A stretch of 64,000 bases of DNA from Lama guanicoe (taxonomy: Eukaryota): assembly GCA_013239625.1 (NCBI GenBank), contig MU053934.1, positions 3,490,399 to 3,554,398 on the forward strand, given 5' to 3'. The position numbers and the translations under genes are program-made. Below are positions 12,480 to 24,689 of the stretch, piece by piece. The notes under the pieces were generated by a model. The model was not told the DNA's origin and searched no databases. It saw nothing but the letters and a program-made list of their open reading frames with translations. Positions within the stretch are counted from its first letter, which is position 1; each line of letters starts with the position of its first letter.

Positions 12480-13270
12480 GCACAAATCACCTGCTGATGC
12501 TAAATTCCTAGTGAAAGGTTGTCGGGGAACAGGATATTCACACAGTCTCAAAGTATCACCCCTCAGATTACACATCGATTACAGAGGGAAAAGGCAACCT
12601 TAGGATGGGAAGATCTGGCAGACACCACCTTAACCCAGTGGCAGCTCAGCGTCCCAGCGTGGGGCAAACCGGTACCAGGTGCTCCCATGTAATGCGCAGT
12701 GTGAGGACATGGCATCCTCTCCGAGTCTCGCTGCTAAAAATCCATCCCCTGCGTCTAATCCCAGCAGCACATCAGACAAACCCAAACTGAGGGACGTTCT
12801 GCAAAATAACTGACAGAACTCTGCAGGAAAGACAAAAAGGGCTGAGGAGCTGTTCTTGAATAAAGGAGATGACAGAGACAGGGAAGTGAAAATGTCCTAT
12901 GTATCTGGGCTTGGATCTGGGAGAGGAAAGGACAGAGCTAGGAAAGGTATTATCGGGACAGCAGGGGCTATTTGAATTCAAGCTGTGTGTAGATAACTGT
13001 ATGGTATCCATGCTGTATTTCCTGAGTGTGATAATGGAAGGAGACTGTCCTCGATCTTAGGAGGTACATATGGAAGGCTTAGGGGTGAAGTGTCATGATG
13101 TCTTCAACAAGGTAGATAGAGCTAGACAGACAGATGATATGTAGGTAGGTAGGTAGGTGGGTTGATCAAGCAAATGAGGCAAACCGTTAACAGCTGGTGA
13201 CTGGCTGAAGGATGGATGTATGCGTGACCCGCTCCTGCTGTCCTTCTGTAGCTCATTGCAACTGTCCAGA
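12480..13270 (+). mobile_element. Old L1 (L1MC-like) 3' region
   Basis: gtctcaaagtatcacccc...cagacaaacccaaactgagggacgttctgcaaaataactg motifs. Confidence 0.6.
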
Positions 13271-16268
13271 TGAGAGACGGAGAAACCTGAATTAGGGCTG
13301 CGGCTGCAGGATAAGGAGGGGGCGAGGAGAGACACTGAGGACGTAGATCTGATGGGACTAGGGACAGCGGAGAACTGGGGAGAGAGTGCAAGCGGTGCTG
13401 ACTGTGCTGGATCTGAGAGCCCGGGAAGAGATCGAGGCTGGGGGCGCCCAGCCAAGGGTCAGGGCCTTCTTCACTGGCTGTTCCTTCTCACTCTGCTCTG
13501 CTGATGCCTCCTCCTCTGCTCAACCTTCAGATATCAGACTCCCCAGAGTCCAGCACTGGGCCCCCTTCTGTTCTCTCCCCGCTTACTCAGCCACTTCAGC
13601 TTTGAATATTGTCTGGAAAGACCCGTTATCTCCCAAGTCCATGCCTCTAATCTTAATTTCTCCCCTGAACTCTAGTTCATCTGCACAACACCCTCTCCAC
13701 TGGGTGTATGACAGCAGCCCAAGCTCAACACAGTGCTCTTTATTTTACTCCTTCGATAAGTGTTTATTTATTCATTTATATATTTTTTAATTGAGGTATC
13801 ATTGATTTACGACATTATATTCAGTTCAGGTGGACAACACAGCTGATTCCAAATTTTTACACATTATACTCCATTTAAAATTATACAATATTGGCCATAT
13901 TCCCTGTGCTGAAGAATGTATCCTTGTAGCTCATTTATCACAGTCGGTAAGTATTCACTGAGCACCTGCTATGGGCCAGACCCTGTCTTAGTGCTGCAGA
14001 AACAGACAGACAAGACCCACCCTTACGGAGCTGGCAATCCAGTGGAGGGAAGGCAGACAGAACGCACATGGAAAGCTAGACCAGTTAAGACAGGAGGCTG
14101 TGAGAGTAAGTGGACAGGGATGGCCTCTCTGGGCAGGTGACATTGTAGCTGAGATCTGAGTTGAGAAGCAGAAGGAACAGTCAATGCAGAGGCCTTAAGG
14201 AGTGGGCAGAGGTGGTAGGTTCAAGGAGAGAAGGAAAGTGGGGTGATGGGAGCATGTGGAGTTGGGGACAGGGTTGGAGAGGAAGCTGGCATGAGGAGTC
14301 ACCAGCAACCTGACCCTCCTTCCAAACCTGCTTCTCCTTGCCATCCCTCTTGGGCCACCTCCCAGTCTGCAAAGCACTCTCAGTGGGGTAGGCTGGGCAG
14401 AGCCCGGCTGGCGGAGGGACAAAACACAGATGTCCTAGAACATCAGTAGAGCTTGCTCTGTGTGTCCACTTAGGGCGCTGCAGGAGTGGAGTCAGATCCT
14501 GGGTGGGCTGAGCTCAAAAGGATGCTTGTCATGGGTGGGAAAGGGAAGAAACCGGGGACAGTGGTGCTGACCCTGCTGTGAGCCACTAGAGTGGCGGCAA
14601 ACGCCATCTCAGCCAGCACCCATGCTCAAAGGGCCCGAAAGCTCCAGGATAAGGCAGAACTCAGAGCTGGAAGGCGGTGGCCCAGTATTATTGGCCACCT
14701 ATGGTGTGCTAAACACATTTCTAAGCCCATGCAACACCGTGGAAAACAAGAAGGCCCGGCCCCTCCCCCCAGGGAGCTGGGAGGCTGGTGGCAGCGGGCA
14801 GAGCCTTGCCAGCCATGGGAAATGCCTGAATTGATTTTATCCCAGGTGCAGTTGCAAGCCCCTGAAGTTTTTTCAGTCTTTGATTTTGAAATTACTTTAG
14901 TTTTATAGAAGAGTTGCCAAGATAATACAGAGAGTCTCCATTATGCCCCTCACCTCGGTTCCCCCAGTGTTGGCATCTTACATAACCATAGCACAATTAT
15001 CAAAATTAAGAAATGAACGTTAGGATTGCACTTTGCATGCAGTCACATCTTTTCAGTTTTCCCCCACCTGAGATAGCTCACAGTCTCTCCTTGTAAGCAG
15101 GCGTAATCTAGCCAGGTTTGTTTTTGGAAAGGATCTCCCTGAACGGGACGAGGACCTTGTGCCCAGAGTGCACATGTGGGGGGCTTTTGCAACCATCCAA
15201 GTGAGAAAGGAGGATGGCTGAGAGCAGGGAGGTGGGAGGAGGTGGATAAGAGAAGCAGGCAGATTTGGAACATCGTGGGGCATCAGTCCACCAGACAACC
15301 ATGGTGCACGTGTTAAGTTCTGCTCTGTGCGTGGTTCCAGTTCCTTGCTGTGTGGCAACTCAGACTTCAGTGACACCAGCTCAGAGAGTTTAGAGGAGGC
15401 GGAGGTCTCAAAGTAGAAGAGGGATGGCAGGAAAGCAGTCGTGGCTCCTTCAAGGAGAGGCCACAATACCCTTTACTTCTCTCCTAAAGCACCAGCCCAG
15501 GGACACACACAGCTGGTGGCCACTACCTGCTTGGTGACCAAGGGACTGAGGGGGGTTCAGAGTGACACCAAGATTGTGATGTCCCCTTCATGGGTATGGG
15601 AGTTGTAAGGGGGTCACTGTTTAGAGAAGTGACATGAATCCTTTAGATTAGGGCTTCTGAAACGGTAATGTGCATGCAAATCACCTGGGAATCTTACTAA
15701 AATGCAGATTCTGATGCAGTGCGCCAGGATGGGCCCTGAGAGTCTGTATTTCTAGCAAATCCCCAGGTGAGGCTGATGCTGCCTGTTCACAAAAGGAACT
15801 TTTTAGAGCTCTCGCACATGAATCTCACTAGAAGAGATGGGAGAATATCTCGGAATCCAGTTGCAGGAAGTAGAATGGGGAATGGAAACTTGCTAGGCAG
15901 TAGCTGTTGGAGCCTCCTCTCCCTCTCTGCCGCCACACAGGCTAGTGTCAAAACTGCTGTCTACCAGTTTGCTTCTTTTCAGGGACTCCCCCGACTCTGC
16001 GACCTTGGCTCTGGAGCCCACCCACCATTGACTGGGTCAGCCTGAGTTTCAATTTCAAATTAATGACCTCAGCTTGAAAGCGGCATCCAAGACCTCCTCC
16101 AGTCTGCTCTGGTCAGAGGGGTGGAGTTGTGTGGTAGGGACAGTGGGTCCTCTAAGAAAACAGTGTGGGGTCTACCCCAGTCATCCATCTCAGGAGACAA
16201 AGAAGGGAAGGCTGTGGGAGCTGCTTGGACCTCTCCCCTAACCTTGAACCTGCCTCTTTCCTCTCTAG

Positions 16269-18702
16269 GCACCAGTGGTGGGAGCCGAAGCATTGGACAG
16301 CACTGGGCGAAGCTCCGGGGAGAAAGCAGGTACTTCTCCCTGGAGCGGCATCAGTCAGCACTAACCCAGGCCTCTCCCATGACACCACAGAGCGGACCTC
16401 GAAGTGCCACCCTCCAGGCTTCCACACAACTTAATACACCCCGGGCCTCCTCTCCTCCCCGAACCACCCAATGGGACACCCCCAGAACCTCATCTACCCA
16501 ACAAGACACTCCCAGGACCTCTTCCACACAGAAGAACACCTTCAGAGCATCCTCTCCCTCAAGAACCACCCAACGGGATACCCCAAGAACCTTGTCCACC
16601 CAACAGGACACTCCCAGGACCTCTTCCACACAGAAGAACACCCCCAGAGCATCCTCTCCCTCAAGAACCACCCATCAGGACACCTCCAGAACCTCGTCCA
16701 CCCAACAGGACACTCCCAGGACCTCTTCCACACAGCAGAACACCTTCAGAGCATCCTCTCCCTCAAGAACCACCCATCGGGACACCCCTAGAACCTCGTC
16801 CACCCAACAGGACACTCCCAGGGCCTCTTCCACACAGCGGAACACCCCCAGAGCATCCTCTCCCTCAAGAACCACCCAACGGGATACCCCGAGAACCTTG
16901 TCCACCCAACAGGACACTCCCAGGACCTCTTCCACACAGAAGAACACCCCCAGAGCATCTTCTCCCTCAAGAACCACCCATCGGGACACCCCTAGAACCT
17001 CATCCACCCAACAGGATACTCCCAGGACCTCTTCTACACAGCAGAACATACCCAGAGCATCCTCTCCCTCAAGAATTGCCCAACGGGACACCCCCAGAAG
17101 CTCGTCCACCCAACAAAATAATCCTCAAGTTTCCTCTCCCCCCAGAGCCACCCAACAGGACAACTCCAGAACCTCTTCTACCCAACAGGACAAACTTCTA
17201 ACTTCTGTTCCTACTTGTACTCCCCATCGGGACAACCCCAGAACTTCTTGCATTCAACAAAATTCTCCCAGAACTTCTTCTACACAACGGGACAACCCTA
17301 AAACCTCTTGTACCCAACAAGACAATCCAAAATCCTCTTCCTTATGGCGGGAAAGCCCTGGAAGCTCCTCCTCTCAGGGCTCCACCCAACAGGACAATCC
17401 TGGACCACCATCTCCCCATCGCTTCTCTCAACGGAACAACCCCAGAAATTCCTCTCCCCATCGTACTAACAAAGACATTCCATGGGCCTCCTTTCCCCTC
17501 CGGCCAACCCAGAGCAATGGCCCCCGAACGTCTTCCCCTTCACGCTCCAAGCAAAGTGAGGTTCCCTGGGCATCCATTGCCCTCCGGCCAACCCAAGGTG
17601 ACAGGCCTCAGACCTCATCTCCTGTTAGATCAGCTCAGCGTTACCCACTCCAGTCCTCCTCTGGCCCTACCCTGCACAACTCACCATCCCGGGCCACTTC
17701 GTCCTCCCATAACCCAGGCCATCACAGTGCCTCCCGGACTTCTTCACCTCTGCACCTCACTACCAGTGGCACACCCCAGACCTCTTCTGAGCCCTCCCAG
17801 CCTCCGTGTGCTGTGTGCATTGGGCACCGGGATGCCCCTCGAGCCTCATCACCTCCTCGCTATTTGCAACATGACCCCTTCCCCTTCTTTCCAGACCCCC
17901 CCACCTCTGAGAGTGAATCACCCCACCATGATCCCCCCTATATTCCCCCAGCTGTGTGCATTGGACACCGAGATGCTCCTCGGGCTTCCTCACCCCCCCG
18001 CCACACCCAGTTTGACCCATTCCCCTTCCTCCCAGACACATCAGATGCCGAGAACCAGTCCCCTCAGCATGATCCTCCTCAGTTCCCCCCACCTGTGTGT
18101 ATCGGGTACCGTGATGCACCCCGGGCCTCCTCCCCACCACGCCAGGCCCCAGAGCCCTCCCTTCTGTTCCAGGATCTCCCCAGGGCCAGCACCGAGAGCC
18201 TTGTCCCCTCCACAGACTCTCTGCATGAGCCCCCCCACATCCCCACCCCTGTATGCATTGGGCACCGGGATGCACCCTCCTTCTCATCCCCACCACGCCA
18301 GGCCCCCGAGCCTTCCCTCTTCTTTCAAGACCTCCCTGGGGCTAGTATGGAGAGCCTGGCCCCCTCCACCGACTCTCTGCGTGGCTCCCCAGTGCTGCCC
18401 CCTCAAGTGTGCATTGGGCACCGGGATGCCCCTCGAGCCTCCTCCCCACCCCGCCACCCGCCCAGTGACCTAGTGCTCCTGGCAGCCTCACCTCCGCCAG
18501 GCAGCTCTGGGGGCTCTCGGGGCTCCGTGCCTCCGGGGGAGGCCAGGCATAACTTGGAGAGGGAGGAGTACAGCATGCTGGCCGACCTGCCCCCGCCTAG
18601 GAGGCTGGCACAGAGGGAGCCAGGGCCCCAGGGCAGCAACGGGGGCCGCGCCCGGAGCCCTGGCCGCGCAGAGGTGGAGCGCCTCTTCGGGCAAGAGCGC
18701 AG
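16269..18702 (+). CDS. TRIOBP: Giant exon 7 (2434 nt), Ser/Thr/Pro/Arg-rich repeat region; read-through of its donor gives TGA 18704-18706, the TRIOBP-4 C-terminus (GQERR*)
   Basis: Lies within the 861-aa ORF 16121-18706; ctctctag| acceptor; ag|gtgagc donor; [12 protein letters not shown] and five VCIG[HY]RDAP repeats. Confidence 0.97.
16443..17110 (+). repeat. TRIOBP: Coding tandem repeat, 102-bp (34-aa) unit, about 6.5 copies
   Basis: Anchor gagcatc(c/t)tctccctcaagaa recurs at 16545, 16647, 16749, 16851, 16953 and 17055; degenerate copy at 16443. Confidence 0.97.
17813..18454 (+). repeat. TRIOBP: R2 repeats: five VCIG[HY]RDAP[RA/SF]SSPPR motifs
   Basis: Motif starts at 17813, 17954, 18095, 18251 and 18407 (spacing 141, 141, 156, 156 nt). 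Confidence 0.95.
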
Positions 18703-19054
18703 GTGAGCCCAGGGCGGGGTCAGCTAGGTGGGCTGGGGAGGAGGCTCGGCAGCAGGACAGGCGAAAGGTTCACTGGCTTAGGTTGCAGGTGAGGAAAGGG
18801 TTTAGACCCCCACTCTGCCACTTACTGTGTGACCTTAGGCAAGTCACTCTACCTCTCTGTTTCCACGTGTTAGGAGTTGCTTTTGATGATTAAGTGATAT
18901 CGGTCATAGCCTAGTGGTTAAGAGCGAAGGCCAGGGTCAGGTAGGCTGGGTTTAAATCCTGAGTCAAAGCCATTCCCCAACCTATGTGACCTGGTAAAGT
19001 GATTTAACCTACCTGAGCCTCAGTTTCCTCCTCTGTAAAATTAGAACATTACTC

Positions 19055-22000
19055 TGTTAATTTAAATGAAGTTAAACTCTCAAACCCTTTGATCCAGAGT
19101 TACAGGTTTGTTTTTTTCACCTTATGTGAGCAAGAAGAAGAAAGTATCCGATTTTTTATCTTAACAAAGAAAACTCATGGGTCCCATGCATTTCAGAAAA
19201 CATGTCAATTTAAAATGTATGGCCAGAGTCATATATTTTAAATAAGAGAACTCATAGAATTACAGACTTTGGAGGTTAAATGTTCCTTTCCTGGGACTTG
19301 GCAACAGTGCCTGAAGTCCAGGCATCCCGCAAGTCTCTTGGGTCAGGCATTTACAACCCAGTAGAGCATCTGCTTTTCCACAGCTTCCAGGAGGAGAAGA
19401 ATCTCCTCCTGAGATTTCTTTCTCCAGCAATTCCAGCCTCAGAGCCTTTAAGGATCAGGGCTGGAATTCCATTAATTAGGGTTAAGAGAACAAAAAAAAA
19501 TAGGTCTGAAAGTCTCAAAACTTTCAGTGTAGAATTCAATAAATTATAGCATATTTACCAAGACCGGGTTGTACAACCATCACCACAACCTAATTTTAGA
19601 ACATTTCTGTCACTCTAAGGAGAGGGTAATATTTTGCATCCACAATTCCTCTCTCTGTTGCCCCATTTTCTCTTAGATTTGAATCTACATGAAAAACCTT
19701 ATCTCTCATTCTTCAGATTTCCTTTTCCAGTAAGTTTTATTCATCTACCAACCGGGTGACAACCTTTATGGTCTGGAGCATGTATAATTCTTTCTTTGGC
19801 CTCTTCAAAATAAAAAAACCAAAACACTGCAGTTTTAGGTTCACAACAACATTGAGTGGAAAGTACAGAGATTTCCCATATACCCCCTGTTCCTGCTCAT
19901 ACACAGCTGCCCCCACTATCAACATCCCCCACCAGAGTGGTACACTCGTTAGTCCATACACTTAATGCTGACACATCCTTCTCACCCAAAGTCTGTAGTT
20001 CATATTAGGGTTCACTCTCGGTCGTGTACATTCTGAGTTTGGACAGATGTATAATGACATGTATCCCCCGTTAGAGCATCATGCAAAATAGTCTCACGGC
20101 CCTAAAAACCCTCTTTGTTTTTGGCCCTTTTTTTAGGATAACTATTTTTGGTCTGAGGTCAATTTGCATACCTTTGACTTTATCTGGTAACTCAGCGGGG
20201 TCTTTAAACCAAAGTCAAATTTTCTTTCTTTTCTTGATAACTTTTAGAGAGATAAAGGGTTTATAATAGAAGTCTGGAATATATTTATACTTCTGTTAAT
20301 TATTTAATTGTTTTTACGTAGATACGTCTATTCATTTTATCTTGCTCGCTTCGACGTAGGTTATTTACCTTTCTTTAAAGCTTTATTTTTGATACAGAAA
20401 AATTCCATATTTAACTTACATTTTTTGGTGAAGTACATTATTTACCTTTTAACCGAGGTTTTATAACTCTACTTAGTAATTAAAATTTTCCCTCTTGTAT
20501 GGCCCTTTTTCCAAGTAGAAAACCACCTGTCCTCAGAAGATGAAATTTTAAAACCTGTTTAAGTATCTGTAAGGGACAGACTGAAATTTATGAATGGGTG
20601 GCTGGCTATAGGCCTGAACTTTTATTTCCTCCTATTTATTCGTTCAACATGTATCTATTGAGCATCTACTGTGTCCAAGCATTGTTCCAACTGAACCTGG
20701 AAAATTTTTCTTAAAGGGCCATTGCATTAAAGCATTAGGAATTTTGGCTTGATATCTTCATTTACCCCCACCTCCCTTGATGCCCTTGGAATCTCTTAGA
20801 ATTATAGAAGTATTTCCTAGTCTCTTGAAATCAAAATAGAGCCTTCATGAAATTTGCTAGACTTGATGGCTGTTGTCCTTTAATACTCTCTGGAGGTGGA
20901 AGAGCCCATCCAGACTTCCAAAGGAATCGCACTTCCTTTGTCACCCTCGGTGCAGCCACGCCAACCCCCGGGAGCAGGTGGCCTAAGGAGAAACTGTTGC
21001 TTCTGCGTCAGGAAGGCTGGGTCTCTGTCGCAGTCTGAGAATTTTCTGAGTCCTTCACTCCCATCTCTCCATTTCTCTCGGGGTTGGGAGGAGAGTGGGG
21101 ACCTTCCCAGAAGGAATGCTCATTGTGCAAGCCGGAGTTTATACGGAAGATTCATTCACTTGGAAGAGAACGCACATTTGCCTCGCTACCCTGCACAGAG
21201 TATATTTTGCTGTCACCTCCCCACCTAGTCATTATCAATCCTCCTCATCTAGTCATGTTTGGGGTTTTTGCTTAGCAGAAACTCCTACACCCCAGTTCTG
21301 AGGGAAACTCACTCTAAAGTATCAGATCTCACAGAGCAAGGAAACTCTTTCGCTTCAAATTGGATTAAAAATTGAACCTGACCAGGCAGCCCTCAAACTT
21401 AGAAACATTTACTCCAGAGCAGAGAACTTTGGTTCCCTGTGAGCCAAGTGCTAAGAACTGCTAAAAACTCAGATCACTTTATAGATCAGATTCTAATGAC
21501 ATTGGCAAAAGCCATAAAACAAGAACAAACCCCAAGCTCGTAATTGTTTGACTCTCTGAAGCCTCTATAGAGTTTCAGCCCAGTCCCCAAGCTGTCAGCA
21601 GACTACAGAGCCCAGGTCCTTGCTCAGGTCTGAGTAGAGATTCCTCTTACTCCCTTTTTGCTGGTTTATTCAAGGCTCAGCACCTGGTCATCTTTTTCAG
21701 GTTCCTCCTGGTTTGGTTCAGCCATCAGAGACACAGCTCCATTTGGCAGTTTAGGTGACGTCAGACTCTCAAACCCTCTTGAAATAAATATTCAGTGGAG
21801 CGGTTAGGTCTTTTGTCTTGACCCCTTTACAAGTAGGAGGGAAGAAATATGCCCAGATTCTGTTTGGTGTTTCACGTTTCAACAGAGATGTTATATTAAA
21901 TATTAATAGTCATAGCTACCAATTACTAAGCAAGACAACTAGCTGGAACTAGGGACTTTCTACAGCTTAGGGGTCATCTTTGTAGGACGTGGCAACAATG

Positions 22001-22255
22001 CCTGAAGTCAGGGTGTCTTAGAAATGACATTCACATGGACAGCTTTATGCTGCCCTTTTTAGAGTTGTGGGGCAATAGAGGACATTTCTTCCTTCTGATC
22101 TTGCTAAGAGCTCCTGAACCAGCAGCTAGGAGTTTCCAAGGCTAAGTGCCGGAATCCTGTTATACTGAGGGGAAACATAGGTAAGCCTAAGAAGTCTAAA
22201 ACTTACCATATGGACAGGAAGAGGGCAGAAAGAATGGAGCACATTCTGCATGACA
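19055..22255 (-). mobile_element. Ancient decayed LTR element / endogenous retrovirus (5' LTR 21744-22255, 3' LTR 19055-19644), probably ERV1-like and non-autonomous
   Basis: Two diverged ~500-bp direct repeats ~2.69 kb apart, each TG...CA on the minus strand; PBS-like TGGAGCTGTG after the 5' LTR; purine tract agagagaggaa before the 3' LTR; AT-rich interior. Confidence 0.7.
19825..20115 (-). mobile_element. L1 (L1MB-like) 3'-end fragment nested in the provirus
   Basis: gcagttttaggttcacaacaacattgagtggaaagtacagagatttcccatatacccc resembles old L1 3' ends; flanked by similar tttggcc(t/c) sequences. Confidence 0.7.
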
Positions 22256-22782
22256 TTCTACATCTCCCGTCCCCACCTCATGGGCTGCAGGAGATGAAGT
22301 GAGACAGTACCAGTGCCTGGGACATAGGAAATGCTCGGTAAACGGTTGCCATTATGATCACGTGTGCACAGTGCCTGGTACACAGTGGATGCTCAATAAA
22401 TCTTAATTCCTACAGGGCCCAGTAAAGCCTTTGTCTGGGGTGAGCAAAGGCTGCTGGTGGGGAGGCGGTCAGAAAGGAAGTACTGATGAGATAGGAGGAG
22501 GTCAAGGCCAAGGCTGAGCACCCCCCGTCCCACCCTTTTTTCATTTCATCTTCACAATAGCCCCATGAGGCAGGTAGAAGAAAACAGTGTCAACCATTCC
22601 CATTTTACAGAAGGGGAAACTGAGGCCCTGAGAGGATCCTCCCTCACTTAGGCCCTTCAGTGAGCTTGTGGGTCCTTGGCTCTGCCTCATCTCTTCCACT
22701 GGGGTTGGGAGTAGAGGAGTTGGGGTGCCGGGAGTGGGACAACCCCAAGGGCCCTCAGAGGGGTGGCTGCGTTTGCTCATAG

Positions 22783-22897
22783 GAAGTCCGAGGCACCGGG
22801 GGCCTTCCAGGCCCGGGACGAGGGGCGGTCGCAGAGGCCCAGCCAAGGTCAGAGCCAACTTCTCCGAAGACAGTCCAGCCCTGCCTTCAGCAGGGAG
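22783..22897 (+). CDS. TRIOBP: Exon 8 ([38 protein letters not shown])
   Basis: catag| acceptor, gag|gtgagc donor, 115 nt. Confidence 0.94.
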
Positions 22898-23600
22898 GTG
22901 AGCACTGCCCGCCTACCCCCGGGCCCTGCACCCCCAAGGGGTGAGCCACTGCTTCTCCCCTCCCCCAGGTGCCAGGTGGGGGGCCTGGGAAGGGAGGTTC
23001 TTTATGAAAGGGTCAGAGTCCCAATCATGGGTGTCCAGCTTCCCCCTCTCTCTAAGAGCCAGCAGCTCTTGGCAGAATTGAGAAGGACCCCAATCATTCC
23101 ATCTTGAAGATGGCCCTTCCGTGCTGTCCCCTTCCTTCATTAGGTACCTGCCATTTTGAGAAGTTTTCAGAGAAAACCTCCCATGCACCAGTCCAGCTCT
23201 AAGGGCTGTCCCTTCCAGGGTGGGCATTTCTATTTTTAAAGAAACTCTCAGACGGCAAGGCCCAACCCAGTGGATGGGGTATTGGTGGTGGAAATTCCGG
23301 CACCTGATAGCCTGGGTTGGAATCAATATCTTGGGGGGAGGGGAAGCCAGGAAAGTGAGCAGCTGTTTGCAGATCTCATTCTGGGACTGAGGAAGGTGAG
23401 CGAGAGGGAAGAGCTGCTGCCCCCAGGGAGGGAATCCAGGGACCCTAGGTACTTTTTAACCGGCTTTAATCCAGGCTGCTGTGAGGACACAGTTTGCATC
23501 TCCCTGAGGCCTGGCTAAGACCCCAGTTTCCTGTCCTCCTAGACAGAGACCACCCAGTCAAGGTCCTGGAGCCTCACCCACCCCCTCACCTCATCCTCAG

Positions 23601-24689
23601 GTAACCAAGCCCCTTGTGAAGCAGGCAGAACCGGCCTGGCAGAGCCCAGCAGAGCCCCCTCATCCCAGGAGCCCCGAGAGGCAGCCTGAGGGGGACCGGC
23701 AGCTCCAGGGGTCCTCACTGCCCCCGAGGACGTCAGCCAGGACTTCTGAGAGGGAGCAGCGGACAGAGAGACCTCTGGAAATTGGCCGGGCGGGCCCAAG
23801 GCAGCCTTTAGGAGGGTGGCAGAGTCAGGAGGACCCACCAGGATCCTGGGGTCTGCACAGACACCTGGAGAGAGGCTGGGGCAGCCAGGAGAAGGGCCTA
23901 GGCCTGAAGGGCTGGCAGGGACTTGGGGAGCCCAGACAGGGGCCTGCCAGAGACCCAGAGGGAACATGGAGGGGCCCCACTTGCCACAGGGGGCAATCAG
24001 AGGCCTGGGAGGAGCACCCCCAGAATGGGCTACGGGAGCCCCCTGACAGGCCAGCTCAGAGGGGCTGGGGCAGCCTGCAGGAGTTGTCCAGTCCTCACCA
24101 GCCTATGAGCCCCTCAGAGAACTCCAGGGCAGGCCCAGTAGAGTTCTCGAAATCCCAGAGGCCTGAGACGCCCCCTGCTGTGGGCTGGTGGGCCGAGGGC
24201 GCCTGCCCACACCTGCATGGCCCCGAGAGGCGACCTGAGCTTGACTGGAGGGACCTGGTGGGCCTTCTAGGGGCCCCCAGAGAGGGAGCTTGGACCCACA
24301 CGGAGGAGCCGACTCTCGCCTCCCGCCTTCTGAGGCTGAACTGGGAAGGCCTCCTGGAGCTCCTGCAGGCCCAGCTCCCCTGCAAGGACCCAGCTGGACA
24401 CTGGGGTGGCCCGGCCACAGCTTCCCCAGGCATGAAGGGTACCCTGGAGCTGGAGCAAGAGCGGCACAGCCAGCCTGAAGGAGCGGCAGGGGCTACCCTC
24501 CTCAATGGATACAGCCCTGGGCAGTGGCCCCAGAGCTCTGCCCAGCCGCCCAGCCCTGCCAGCATCTCCACCCAGTGGCCAAAGACCAAAGTGACGAGTG
24601 GACCAGAGACCTCAACTATGGCTGATCTGGAGAAGGGCCAGCTGGGGCGCAGGAGCCCTGCAGAGGGCCCCAGCTCACCACTGGGGGAG
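23601..24689 (+). CDS. TRIOBP: Exon 9 (363 codons; [35 protein letters not shown])
   Basis: cctcag| acceptor, gag|gtaagt donor, overlaps ORF 23616-24698. Confidence 0.95.

Noticed and set aside
16443..18454. CRISPR-like regular repeats
   Set aside because: In-frame coding repeats of a eukaryotic exon, with no unique-spacer architecture and no cas genes.
16351..18473. Long alternative-frame and antisense ORFs over exon 7 (265 aa, 318 aa, 144 aa)
   Set aside because: By-products of a C-rich, 3n-periodic repeat that lacks stops in other frames; no independent coding signal.
19290..19322. Hairpin with CAGTGC resembling an iron-responsive element
   Set aside because: The 5-bp upper stem and C bulge required around CAGUGN are absent, and the second LTR copy lacks the loop motif.
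19055..22255. Possible minus-strand coding duplication (GFESLTS-KL and LQALLP peptides in both repeat copies)
   Set aside because: The surrounding frames are full of stops; LTR architecture (TG...CA, PBS, PPT) explains the duplication better.
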